A stretch of 62,253 nt of DNA, filler included, from Choristocarpus tenellus KU-1152 (Eukaryota > Protista > Phaeophyceae): the NCBI GenBank assembly GCA_964200185.2. It is 10 parts of 10 records of this genome, joined end to end, with 100 filler letters (N's around TTAATTAATTAA, not from the genome) between each part and the next. Parts side by side here need not be neighbours in the genome. Positions count along the whole stretch, not along the records: positions 9,678 to 13,710 come from CAXNAD020016574.1; positions 13,811 to 19,470 come from CAXNAD020010098.1; positions 19,571 to 27,928 come from CAXNAD020004813.1; 7 more parts are not named here. One strand, written 5' to 3'. A program made the translations under genes and the position numbers. Shown piece after piece: positions 13,240-25,515 of the stretch. The notes beneath the pieces are model-generated. The model saw nothing but the letters and a program-made list of their open reading frames with translations, was not told where the DNA came from and ran no database searches. Within the stretch, counting starts at the first letter, position 1; each line of letters opens with the position of its first letter.

Positions 13240-13636
13240 GGTTGTAACCATTATCGCACGCCCCATGACTACAGAGCAGGGTCCCGCTGACAGAACCTGC
13301 CCAACAACGAACTGACTAATCACCATGGATTGGTATTGTCTGTCTGAATCATTTCGCCAAATCGTTTATTTTTTTTATTTTTTTTATTTTTTTTATTTTT
13401 GCAATTTCAAACGGAATGTCGGTACCCGCTGCAGCCGATTCAGTGAGAGAGCCGTCCGTGGCTTGATAGGGTTAGGGTTTTGTTGATGGTGTGGTATGAC
13501 TACTGCTTGAGAGACTGTGGATGGCGTAGTTCAAACTACTTCTTCCCCCGGCAGTAGGTACTGCATGCAACCTCACATCACTTTGCCAATCTCCCATCTC
13601 TTAGTGTAAATAGGTATTCTACCAGAGTAGTATGTG

Positions 13637-13680
<44 letters not shown>

Positions 13681-14380
13681 CCCCCACCCCCCCCAACAAC
13701 AACCCCACCANNNNNNNNNNNNNNNNNNNNNNNNNNNNNNNNNNNNNNNNNNNNTTAATTAATTAANNNNNNNNNNNNNNNNNNNNNNNNNNNNNNNNNN
13801 NNNNNNNNNNTGTAGAGGCATAGAGCGTTTTAAGAAATATGTATCTATGTCAGTAGTAGCGCATAATATTCATCAAATAGGAGTATTAGTACAGCGCAAG
13901 ATACAAAAACAAAATAATAACAAAGACCCAGGATCAAAGATTGCAGCGTAAGAATAGACATGATTTATTCACTATGATAACCGTCGCTAATGCTTAAAAT
14001 ACAAGAATTTAACTCTATTATTAGAATTTATTCACTGATTCCACCTTGGGGGTAATTTTTTCTAGTTTTAGACAAAAAATAATCCATTGCAATCGTTAAT
14101 TTTAAAAAGTTTTCTCAAAAAAACTCCCTTTTCGTTCAGACACTAGCTAGGCTCGCCCCCTTCCATGTTTGCTTAGTTGTCCATAAACTCCCTTTCACAA
14201 ATAAATGTTGTCACAATCTCCCTCGCCCCTTTTTTAATTATTTTTTCCATTCCTTTAACTCCCCTTTTCGCAGCATCTATTATAGTAGGGCAAACAACAG
14301 TGGTTACAACCTACTTCGCGCAGTGCTGATTTTCGTCTGAGGTCGCAGAAAACGCTCACCCCCCCACGTAGGAAACGAAA

Positions 14381-15682
14381 ATGTCAAGGGCAGTCAGTGG
14401 TCGTAAGCACAAGTGCAAAGGAGGGAGAGCGAATGGAGGCGGTGATAGTAAAATCGAATTTGTCCGACAAAAGGTTTGGGAAACGAAAGAGACTGTCGGG
14501 ACTTCTGAAGCCCTTGTCGGAGTGATAATAGCCTTCACCTCTGCTGATGACTTCATTTTCGTGGCCGGGGTGTCGAGGACGTGGAAGCATGTGTGGAGAA
14601 CGACTCGACCTGCCACGACCAGCATACGTGCGGCAGTTCTTTCACCATCCCGACTGGCTTGGGCCAAGACCTGGCGATGTCCATGGGGTCCGAACATTTG
14701 CGCCTATGGCGCTGAAGAGGGAAATGTCGAAATATTGAAGTGGGCCAGGCCGAAGGGGAAGAATAAGCGCTGCAAATGGGATAAGACAACCTGTGAGCGT
14801 GCAGCTCAAGGTGGGCACATGGATTGTTTAATATGGGCGAGGGACAACAGGTGTCCCTGGGATGAACAAACCTGCGCCAATGCTGCAGGTGGGGGGCACA
14901 TAAGGGCCTTGAAGTGGGCCAGAGACAACGGTTGCCCCTGGGATGAGAGCACGTGTGCCCTCGCCGCTCAGGGTGGCCACCTGAATACGTTGATGTGGGC
15001 TAGGGACAACGGATGCCCTTGGGATGAACGAACATGTACCAATGCTGCTAGGAGTGGACACCTAGAAGTCCTGAAGTTTTCTAGAGTAAACGGCTGCCCC
15101 TGGGATGAACAAACCTGTGCTGCTGCGGCGGGAAAAGGGTTTCTAGATGTCTTGATATGGGCCAAATTCCAGGGTTGTCCATGGGATTCGAGTACCTTGG
15201 TAAAAGCTGGAGGGGGGGGCCACCTGGAGACATTGAAGTGGGCCTTAATGCACGAATGCCCATTGGGTACAAGTAATGCTGTCTACCTTACTCCCGCAAA
15301 TGGGGGACATGTGGAAGTAATGCAATGGTGGTTTTCCCTTGGCATTAATTTGACAGAGCATCACTCTAGTGCTTCTGCAGCAGGCGGGCACCTTGATATG
15401 CTCAAGTGGTTAAGAGAAAAAGGTTGCCCTTGGGACGAGGAAACTTGTCACGCTGCTGCAACAGGGGGCCATCTGCATGTTTTAATGTGGGTGAGAGCCA
15501 ATGGCTGCCCTTGGAATGAGATGACCTGCTCCCTTGCTGCTGAAGAGGGTCACCTACATGTTTTGATGTGGGCAAGAGCAAATGGATGCCCTTGGAATAG
15601 GCAAGCTGTTCGAAATGCTGCACATGGGGGATATGTGGATATCTTAAAGTTCCTTCGAGCTGAAGGTTGCCCTTGGGATTAG
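14381..15682 (+). CDS. Intronless CPWD-type ankyrin-repeat protein with an F-box-like N-terminal segment (433 aa)
   Basis: Uninterrupted ORF with about 12 repeats of ~25 aa (WDExTCxxAAxGGHLxxLxWARxNGCP). The N-terminal LVGVIIAF...FIFVAGVSRTWKHVW resembles an F-box. Confidence 0.9.
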   Translation: MSRAVSGRKHKCKGGRANGGGDSKIEFVRQKVWETKETVGTSEALVGVIIAFTSADDFIFVAGVSRTWKHVWRTTRPATTSIRAAVLSPSRLAWAKTWRCPWGPNICAYGAEEGNVEILKWARPKGKNKRCKWDKTTCERAAQGGHMDCLIWARDNRCPWDEQTCANAAGGGHIRALKWARDNGCPWDESTCALAAQGGHLNTLMWARDNGCPWDERTCTNAARSGHLEVLKFSRVNGCPWDEQTCAAAAGKGFLDVLIWAKFQGCPWDSSTLVKAGGGGHLETLKWALMHECPLGTSNAVYLTPANGGHVEVMQWWFSLGINLTEHHSSASAAGGHLDMLKWLREKGCPWDEETCHAAATGGHLHVLMWVRANGCPWNEMTCSLAAEEGHLHVLMWARANGCPWNRQAVRNAAHGGYVDILKFLRAEGCPWD

Positions 15683-18600
15683 TCGAATCATTGTCTTGAG
15701 ATGAGATGTGGGCTCACTAACCTAGGTGAGCTAGGGTCAACATTCGCTTGTTGGGTATGTACTGTTCTATCATTTTGATAGCTGGCTGGAGACTCTTAGC
15801 TCGGTCAGGGCCTGGGCCACAGGTGTCCACATGCTTGGACAAGAACGTTTTGGGAAACCCGGCGGACATCTTGGTACGGGTTTCACAGGAGAAACGCCAT
15901 CTGTGGTTCCATTGAGGGAATGACTTACAATATGCTACTCTCAACTGTGGGGACATATGGAATGACATGATAAATTTATCCATAGTTGCCAGCTTAAAAA
16001 TTTCAATGTACGAGTTGGTGGTTAGATGAGGCGTGAAGATAGGGAGAGGTACAATAGTGGCTCCCAGCAAAGTTGGTTAGTTCGTGTATCACTAGGTGCA
16101 CTGTCACTGAGTGAGAAAAGGAGGTAAACGTGAGCTGGGTGTTACAATTTCGGGCTAATGGGTTTGTGGGACAATAGGATAATGTTAGGGTTGGGAGGGA
16201 GGAAAGCATATACCTGAGCAGTGTAATTGAGATGTGCAGGTGTTTTCACCACACTATGTGCTGGCAGAGGCAGTGTATATGTGGCAGCAGGAGAACGTGA
16301 AGGTCAAGACAGAGCAAAGCAACCCGGGAAATGCTTTATGCTGACCAAGGTGTAATAGTGGTACGTACAAATTGTGACCTGCTTGAAATTTCCAAGTTGA
16401 ACTTGTCCTGGTTTCAAACGTTTCTGCTACCTTAGAAGCCGCTCATATTTCAGCTGACACGTGGACGTATTGTATATCTTTTTTAGACTTTGAGGGGTGG
16501 ATGTACATCAACAACTTCACGACTGGGGTGGCGAACAAAGAGGATGGTCTGGTGATGTAGAACGGTTGATCAACGGCATTTGTTTTGTGATGATTTGTGC
16601 TTTTTTAGATGTTTTTTGGAAGACATACAGTACTGGTTGTATGTCCAGGAGGTGAACCGCTTTGAATGGTTGCCTGGTGCTATTCTGTGTAGCGAACTTG
16701 GTTTAGGGAGTAGGAGCAATGAAAAATGTCTGTTAGTTATTATCACTACGTCTGTGGTTACCTGCATTGAACAATAAGTGTGCATGATGCTTGGGTTGTG
16801 TTAGATACACCTATAGTGTGGACATGGTGACGTCTTGATTTTTGGTATGGGGGAGAGAAGTGTGGGCAACCAGAGACCATGTTTCTGCCACCACTTTGTT
16901 TATTTTCTCAGATAAGCCCTGCGTCCTGTACTCTCTGTACAAAGCGTTAGTGTAGCGTTGTATCGTACAGTGATATTATGCGTTAGTAGTGTCTGAGTGC
17001 CTCCACTGTGTCCCAACAATCTCGTATAGAAATGATTATGTGCACCATTAATCTCCATTTCGGAGGTGACAATGGGAGACACTGTGCTTGGCTTGACTTG
17101 GTCCTTGACGAGTACACTCCAGGTACAATGCACGTCCCCTTGACAGCAAGCACACAGTATCCATCCTCTAAGAACCGAGGGAACACGTTTTTCAAAAGTT
17201 ATTCAGTGTACTACCTCAGGTTTTTAAATGCAACGATCCAAACTTACAAAAAAAAACGAATATTGGCATTCTGTTGCCTTTGGAGAGACATGTACGGAAC
17301 ACGAACGCATGCTTTGCCTTTGCTCGAGATATGTATGATACACGCTGACCTTAATCCCAGGTGAGAGTGCAGTGTGCTGGTGCTTCTTGCCACTGGTACT
17401 TTATTTGCTTGGCAGACACTCCGAGTATGCACCTTCTGCCATAGACGAAATTCTCACCTTAACTTGGTTGTTGATCTAGTGCAGCGTACTCATACTTGTT
17501 TGATATGAACCATTGCAGCATCCTTAGTAGTTAGCACCAACGCAGTGAATGGCAACCACTCACCGATAACCTGAACAAAATATTTGGGATCTTTCTTGCC
17601 CGAGCAGATGAGAGTGCCAACCATACCTTACATGCACACGTGCTCAAACCACATGTACTGCAAAAATAATTCAACATTCTTTCCTTAACGCCTTTCAATA
17701 CATACAAATCCTTGGGTGCGTGATTAGCCACGGTGAGAGACTGATACCATACATGTCGAGGGGAGGTTGTATATGGTAAACTTTTTTTGACTTCCAGTAA
17801 TAACGGTGAAGTGTCTGGTATTTCTGAAATAATTATTGGTACAAATTTTGAATGCAGTGCTGTACATAAAAGTGCTTCCTAAGGACAACCTGCCTAGCTC
17901 AACGGGAACCACCCTGTGACCAACAAGTTGGTGGACAAGGTGAAGAGACCCCCCCACACATCTAATGCAGATGGCCAGAGGAATAAGAGGATGACTATGC
18001 CTTTCTGAACACCCATACTACAGTATGTGCAAATACCTCGGATGGAACATGAACACGTATATACATGTGCATAACTAATTACTCCAGAGTATGCAGTACT
18101 ACTACTATTTGTATCCAGGTTATATTCTGATGAGCAGCATACTATGTGCATATGGTAAGAAGCAGTTCACAGGACGTAACCTATCACAAGAGTGCATCAT
18201 ATACTGTTTCAAAGTACAAAGGGTATACTCTCCGCATCATCAATTCTGCTTTGAAATTAATCAACTAACACTCTGGGGGTGTAGTTGAATACACTTAGTC
18301 TGGGAAGGAAATGAACAGTATATGCTGTATACATATATAAATGTATGTATAGATATATTAAATACTTTCCCAACACATACAATCACATCAATCTCCGGAG
18401 TCCAGGCTGTGAGAGTATGTGACACAAAGGGAACCACTTCCTCTTGTCACAACAAGGAAGCACTTCCCCAACCCTAACGACACACACACTCAAGAATGAT
18501 GTCCTAAAGCGACATCATTACGACACCTACCTCTCCAACCATCAGGTCGGTTCCCACCATCACACCACACATCGCAACATCCAAAACAAAATAAAAAACT

Positions 18601-18947
18601 AACATTGCACGCTTCAACCAAAATAAACAAAATAAAATAAACGAAATACATCCATTCAACTACTATATTACAACACACACCACCACCACTACTACTGGAG
18701 GTTGTACAAAAACGCGAGACAAAATTCCCCTCCACAAACTTAAGTTTGGTACAGTCCATGTTGTGATATCCAGGAGTGTGTTATTTGCTTCTGTAAACCC
18801 CTATATTCTTTTTTGTACGTTCACACCAAATAAAAAATAAAAACAAGCGTTACAATCGTTACTGTTTCTGTGTGCACTCTTTCCAAAACAAATTTAGGAA
18901 GAAAACCCCCATCTCCATACATATATATATATATATATATATTTTTT

Positions 18948-19064
18948 TCAATGGAGTTGTCGCACGTTCCTCTCCACCCGACTCTTGGCGTCCTCTTCCA
19001 GCCTGCGCTGCATGTCCAACAAGGACCTCCTCGTGACAGGCCATTGCTGAGCGCCTGCGTCGTT
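18948..19064 (-). CDS. Possible terminal exon of an unidentified gene
   Basis: Acceptor TTTTCATTTTGCAG, then GC-richer open frame NDAGAQQWPVTRRSLLDMQRRLEEDAKSRVERNVRQLH*. Product not recognised. Confidence 0.35.
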   Translation of the reverse strand, partial: NDAGAQQWPVTRRSLLDMQRRLEEDAKSRVERNVRQLH

Positions 19065-19271
19065 CTGCAAAATGAAAATGAAAGTGTCGCACCTGAAAAA
19101 GAAAGACAAAAAAATGCATTTGTTCAACATAATATTTGATGTTAACAAAAAGAAGAGGGCTCCGCGCGTTTGTGTCAGGCGTATGGTACACCGTTGAAAA
19201 AAACAACAAAATCTTCTTTTGTTTTGTGATAGAGCGTGTGATTGAAAGCAAACAGGGAAAATAGACCCAAA

Positions 19272-19445
19272 CCCTAAGTATCTGGGGGGGGGGGGTCTAC
19301 ACCAGAGTGTCCATATTGAACCAAAACCAGGAAAAGCGCACTTTCATTATCCATCCAATGTATGGAACCAAATCACCCAAAAATCGTGACATAAAAAAAT
19401 TGACCCCAAATGGATAGCTGCCACACCCCCTACATACGTTAAGCC
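19272..19445. mobile_element. Poly-G MITE (family C), near-complete degenerate copy
   Basis: Left end AAGTATCTG(G)n. The right part, AAAAAATTGACCCCAAATGGATAG...CCCCCTACATACGTTAAGC, is the reverse complement of the elements at 48785 and 59368. Confidence 0.7.
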
Positions 19446-20361
19446 AAGGTCAAAAACGGATGCCAGAACCNNNNNNNNNNNNNNNNNNNNNNNNNNNNNN
19501 NNNNNNNNNNNNNNTTAATTAATTAANNNNNNNNNNNNNNNNNNNNNNNNNNNNNNNNNNNNNNNNNNNNTGAGAAAATTTATTCCTTTTTTTTAAGAAC
19601 ATCTGGGTTTTGGCTGCTGTTACAAACAGAAGCATTTTTTTACAGGGGGGGGGGGGCGGGGCACCAACTGATCCAGAAATATACTGGTCGCGGCAGTCTT
19701 GGAAACCAACAGCCTGTCTGGTGTGTCACCAACTAATACAGAAGCTCTACCCTACATCACTGGTCTTGACAAGCTCAATCAGAATCCATCCAGACCCAAA
19801 AGTGTTCCCCAGATTGTTTTTGACCAAAAAGAGAAAAGCTAACGGTGATTGACTGCATTTAAAAGGCTGAATAACTTAAGGGAAAAAACCCAACATATAG
19901 AACAAAAAAAGGATCCGTCATCTTGTCCAGGTTTTATAGACTATTCCTCCAATACTTTGGTCTGTGTGGTGTGCAGCATCACAAATATTTTTTGGGATAG
20001 TTTGATATGAGGTAACCAAATTTATCCAAATCAGGACTTATTACCAGATCGGCAGTTGGGTAGACCAGAACTTAGGCTGGTCTGCCACCTGACCTGACCA
20101 AAATTTATGGCAACCCTAAACTGATCCTATCAAGACATTTTGTACCAGGGGGTGCCCAGCAGTCCGGTCTGGTTGAAAATTCTGACAGCCCTGTGGACTG
20201 GTCATTGTGAAAAGTCCTGATGCGAAGAAGGTGCTTGCTTGGACCAGGCATAATGGTAGTAGTTTTCCTTTTTATATTTTGTTTCAAGCATGTCCTTTTC
20301 CTACAGATGTACACTCACACATCAATATTGCTACCAAAGAACTCACACAACATGTTCTCAC

Positions 20362-20464
20362 CTTCTCTATGATGGGGAATATCAGAGTGATCAGCTCGCC
20401 ACCTGGAGCCAGAAGGGAGAGCATGTGATCTGCCCAATCTTCACGCACACTTGGAGAGAGAGCA
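20362..20464 (-). CDS. Internal exon of a SAM-dependent thiol/halide methyltransferase (TPMT/HOL family)
   Basis: AG acceptor and GTGAGA donor flank ALSPSVREDWADHMLSLLAPGGELITLIFPIIEK, matching the HOL/HMT motif CAL...R..WA..M..L..PGGELITL.FP. Confidence 0.8.
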
Positions 20465-20681
20465 CTGAATCGCAACCCCCCCCCCCCCCCCCACCCCCTG
20501 ATGCGTGGGTGTGGAGATAGGTGTCATGGTGCCAAAAAAATAGTGTAATGTGATTATTTTGGAACTCCCTTTTTTGTGCCCCTGGCACCTCCCCTATCTC
20601 TCATCCGAAGTTTGGTCAGCCCTGCTCTTGTTGAGAAATCTGCCTCAAATGTCCCCATCCCCTGACCCCCTCTTTTTGAAG

Positions 20682-21118
20682 GTCAATTTGTCTACGTCAT
20701 TCGTAAGAGAATCAAGCTCGACCCAGAAAAGGCGATTTTCATTTTTGTAAAGGACAACATCCCTCAAACTTGTGAGTGCACTCAACTAACTTTCATGTGA
20801 GTTTTGTCTTTCAAGATATCTTTGCTTTTGGCATGTACTACTATGTTCTCTTTTTGCTTGGAAAGTTCTGTCTGCTAACGAAGCCAGAAAATTGAAGGAA
20901 AAAAAAGAGTTAATCCTCTCCACCCAACCTTGTACACAGGGTTTTTTTGCCTCTGTCATTGCTACCATGTTACCTTACCCCCACCCACCCTCCATTCGTG
21001 TTTGAACTATTTCTGTGATTGCTGTTCAGCTGCCCTAATGTCCCAGGTTTATGAGCACCAGAAGGACGAGGATGGCTTTCTGTACATTACATACAGTGGG
21101 GAAAACACCTTTGGGTGA
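20682..21118 (+). CDS. ATG8: Autophagy protein ATG8, last two exons
   Basis: Exons 20682-20771 ([30 protein letters not shown]) and 21030-21118 ([29 protein letters not shown]). Confidence 0.95.
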
Positions 21119-22214
21119 AACGAGGAATGGGGAGGGAGAGAGGCTGAAGAATATAAGGGGGCCTTACATGTCCATACCCACATTCTGCTTCCCCATGTTG
21201 CACCACAATAGAGTACTTTCACCTTGTGCTACTTACTACCTGCGTGGGTAGGTGGTGTTACTCTGTATCAAGATTATTCCCCCATAAGCAGTCGTCCCAT
21301 TACCCATAGTTTAAGCCCTCGTTACTCCATGACCTAGTGGTCTTGCAATGTAGCAGTAAAACTACCCTCTTTGGGTTGCATGTGTGACGTGAAGTTGCTA
21401 GCTGCAGACAAGGGGGCAGGAGAAGGGAGAAAGTTTTTCATGCGCAGCCTGGATTATTACAAGTAGGAAGATAGTGAAGCTGCCTTGCCAACCTAGGGGA
21501 CCACTGTGCAACATTGGTTTCAAAAGTGAAAAGCTACTGGAGTGCTCTTGTTGGCCTTCTTTTGAGTTGGGGTTTCCGTAGATGTGTGCGTGTGCGTATA
21601 GTTGTGGGTTCAGGTTTGCGAGGAATGCCCATTGTCAATACGCTGTTTTCAATGTTGTCTCTTAAACAATCAGGAGATGAACTGTAATCATGTAAAAAGA
21701 GTGATGAGAGAAGAAGAATCTTGTCCTATGGGTCGAACATGCTGTGATTAACAAAGCAATAAAAAAAAAAATGCGCTTGAAGTGTAATTATTGATGCCCG
21801 CCGATTTGATCCAGCGTGAGGACATACGATACATGTTTCCTGCACAGGTAGCATCAGTTTTCTGATATTTCCCTTTCCGACTCTAAAGCAACGCTGTAGC
21901 AGCCCTCCCTGAGAAATGCAGAGCACTGTGTGTTGTATCCGCATGATAAAGGAACATCAACGCTATCAGTATTCTGGAGCATGCCATACAATTGGTTTTG
22001 CTATATAGCTATGCCACGGCAGGTTCTACTCCTGAAGCGTGTCTATGTCCAGAAATTGTAGGTATGTGCTACTGTCCATAGCCATGTCAACCACTTGCCT
22101 TCTCTCATGACCCAATGTTTGGCAACCGATGTCTAGTGAGAAAGGTATATTGCGGTGTCTGGGGTGCAAATACGCAGTGCCAGTTATTTTTGTTTGAGCC
22201 ATTTGAAACATTGA

Positions 22215-22252
<38 letters not shown>

Positions 22253-24144
22253 AGCAGTTTTCTCTTTGCCAGTCCCATGAAATCTCCCATGATCTGAAAT
22301 CCAGTAAAGGTGCATACAGTTTTCATCCTTGAACAAAGTGAGGTGCATCTTGGATCAGCTGTAGTGTGCCATGTATAGCTTTAAGCGCTTGAAGGTGTAA
22401 AGTTGACTTGACTGAGGTGGTGACGGTTGACTGTTCACTTGTATGGGATCTGGATGAACAAGTGACGTTATGCTGGTCATATGGGCGTGATGATTTGTGT
22501 GTGGTGTCAGAGCTCTATAGGAAATGGTGCATGCTTCCCATCAACAATTGGATCTTTCCTTCACAGGTATCGCCCATCATTTTTAGTGCTGTGTAAGGGT
22601 GATGTACTGTACATGATAACATAAGATTGAATGGTCAAGACCAGGATATTCAGAGCTGTATTGAGGTGTAGGTTTCAAGGGAATGGGGGTCTGCAGTATC
22701 ATCTAATATTGTATCATCACTGAGACTGCAGTGGTATTGTCTAGGTCATGGTGAAGCCACCCAAATTTAAAGAGGAAATGACAATAGCCAGAGGAAATTC
22801 TTGTTTGCTTCCTTCACATATTGAGTATAGAGGTCTATGATCCTGGTATGGAGGTGTCTGTGTGCATGTGGATTCAACTCATGAAACAATATATTCTACG
22901 CTGAACTCAGGACAAAAACCAAGGATCATCCTATTGGCCAATGACTGTCCATGGATATTGATTCCATGCCCACATTTGCCTTGAATTGTGGATTGTACTC
23001 CTATTTAGATCATACATATTTTTAACATGAATTGAATATGGCACAGACACACAACTAGCACATGGGAATCATTTGGCAATTGATTAGCAACTTGTGCCTG
23101 CAATTTGCGGCTAGCTAGGTCCATGATCGTCCTAAGGGCTGGGATGAAGAGAGGTTACAGACACCCAGAGGACTACTACTAACAGCATTAAGTTTCCCCC
23201 TTCATCAGATAGGTGTCATCTTAGACCATATAGTATCACCTATGACTAATTGTCCTGTCCCATTCCTGCCTTGTTTCTCGCATCTTGGGTCCATCATTTC
23301 ATATATCGTCCTTCTGTCTCCTCCCTCGAATCTTCTACTGGACCCGTCCCAAAGTCTTTCTACATCATGTTGAGACATATTAAAAACATGTTTTCGTGAA
23401 AAATTTGACTTTGAAGGGGCTCGAGCCCACCTAGTTCATGAAGCTCGCCGTTGAACACATAACACTTCATGTAGTGTATCTAATGAGGGGTGGGGTTCAT
23501 CCTTGACCGTTGTGAGACAGATAATAATTATTATGATAGTTTAACTCACATATATACCACATAGTAGATTATGGTAAGGGTGATAGCTTTTGCCTTCAGT
23601 CAACCGAAATTATGCAAGTCACACAATCTTTTATTCGTTGATAAAGAGGGAATTATAATAATGACAAAGAATATTTGCATAGTGGATACTGTGGTATGTT
23701 GTCATTGTATGAGGGTGTTGTCGTGAATAGGGAAAGGAATGTACCGAATGACACTCGTGATATAATGAGTATTTATAAAAAAAATTTAGATCAAATCATT
23801 ATACTGCACTGCAGGAGGATGGGGGAGGGGAAAGGTATGACCCACTCTCACTACTTTTTCTAGCATTTATATGTTAAAATGCCTTTTCTAAAGGAAGATG
23901 TAACATTTTGTTTTCAAGCACAGCATCTCGTAGTTAGTTCCATTCATTTCCAATCTCATGGGTGGCAAAAACACTCATCTGTTTACCTTTCGCTCTCCAT
24001 ACAAAATGAAAAGCAAAGAAATAGATAAATGGTTGACCAATAGGAGACGGAGCAACGAGTGGTAGGAGTACTAGACTCAGTGTGTGAAAAGCACGGTATG
24101 GACGATGCCGTACAAAAAATAGTTATCAAGCAACAATTACCAGG

Positions 24145-24405
24145 GAGTCGAAGTAAACGAGAGGTACCCAGGTTTTGGGCGTTTTGCATTATATAATCCA
24201 GTTTTTCAATCTTTTGCGTTTCTTATATTTCCATGGATAACGCTCAAGTTGGAGTTGAGAGCGTTTGTTTCTCTGTTGCTTGAAGCTATTCCGACACAAT
24301 TCCGAAAATATCCTATCCACTTTCATAATATAAAAGTCGAATGTTGCACAAATTTGTCAGCTTCCTTAAAATGCAACTCTGGGTACCTCTCGTTTACCTT
24401 CACTC
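24145..24405 (+). mobile_element. MITE family A copy 1 (~261 bp)
   Basis: TIRs GAGTCGAAGTAAACGAGAGGTACCCA and TGGGTACCTCTCGTTTACCTTCACTC; flanks CAGG/CAGT. Confidence 0.85.
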
Positions 24406-24701
24406 CAGTTATTACTACTTGCAGAATCCAACAGATGGAGATGATGTGGCCTCAAAGCTCAGTAATGTGGGAGGCAGACGATGCCCTGATGATCGGCTTC
24501 CACTAGTTTTCGTATTTTATTCGTAATGTTAGATAGGACGGCATCATTGAATGTGGAGTTGATGGATCAGAAGTTGGGGAAAGAAATAATAATAGGTCAA
24601 CCAGTTCACCCTATGAACTATATCTTACATATCAAGTTCATCACACTGCCCTTTATGAAACTGTCAAGTAGAACCGGCTTCTGTATTAGTATAGTAGTAG
24701 T

Positions 24702-24959
24702 GAGTCAAAGTAAGCGAGAGGTGCCAGAGTTGCATTTTAAGGATGGTAGCAAATATCTGCAAAATCCGACTTTTGTTACAAATGCGTGTAGGACAGTTTC
24801 CGAAATATATCGAAATGTTTCAAACACTAGAGAAATAAACCCTCTCAAGTCAAACTGAGGACTTCATCAATGGAAATATAGGTGAAACGCAAAAGATTTA
24901 AAAACTGGATAATAACACAGTACGACCAAGATCTGGGCACCTCTCGTTTACTTTTACTC
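24702..24959 (-). mobile_element. MITE family A copy 2, inverted relative to copy 1
   Basis: TIRs GAGTCAAAGTAAGCGAGAGGTGCCAGA and TCTGGGCACCTCTCGTTTACTTTTACTC. The interior is a diverged reverse complement of copy 1; flanks AGT/AGT. Confidence 0.85.
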
Positions 24960-25483
24960 AGTAGTGCATTGTGTTTCGGAAGTGTGTCCTTCTACTTGAA
25001 GACTAGCGCTCGATACATATTGAATGAGAGGAGAGTCCCTGGAGTCTGTCAGACCCCACTTGGCTCAACAGACCTAAGCCTTCATCTTAAGGCATTTATC
25101 ATAATAGCACATGATATATCTTTATATTTTTATTGTCCTGTTATTGAGACGATCTGTCTCTCACAAGAATCGTTGTACTACTCCCCCTACATAGGCAAGC
25201 ATAGACTCCCAGTACACAACCTTCCTCTGTGTGTCACTGGTATCATTCGTTGCCAACGCCAGTGCATTTGCCTCTCAGAAGTCTTCTGAACGTTACCACA
25301 TGCAGCAGTTGCCTTCTTGCATGCCTCTCCTTTAGTACCCATTCCTACCACTAATATTGTCTGTTTAACAGGGCAAAAATATTTTTTGTCATCTACTATT
25401 ATAAAGGCCAGTTACTGGTTTTGCCGTCATTCTCCACGACTGTATTGGCTGAATTGGGGTCTGCTTTGGCAGTTGTGGTAGTG

Positions 25484-25515
<32 letters not shown>

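Noticed and set aside
14356-15623. Overlapping antisense ORFs over the ankyrin gene
   Set aside because: Shadows of a GC-rich repetitive coding sequence.
22000-23050. Possible LINE remnant on the minus strand (IGV and LGGF fragments)
   Set aside because: Motifs are too short and degenerate to support a call.
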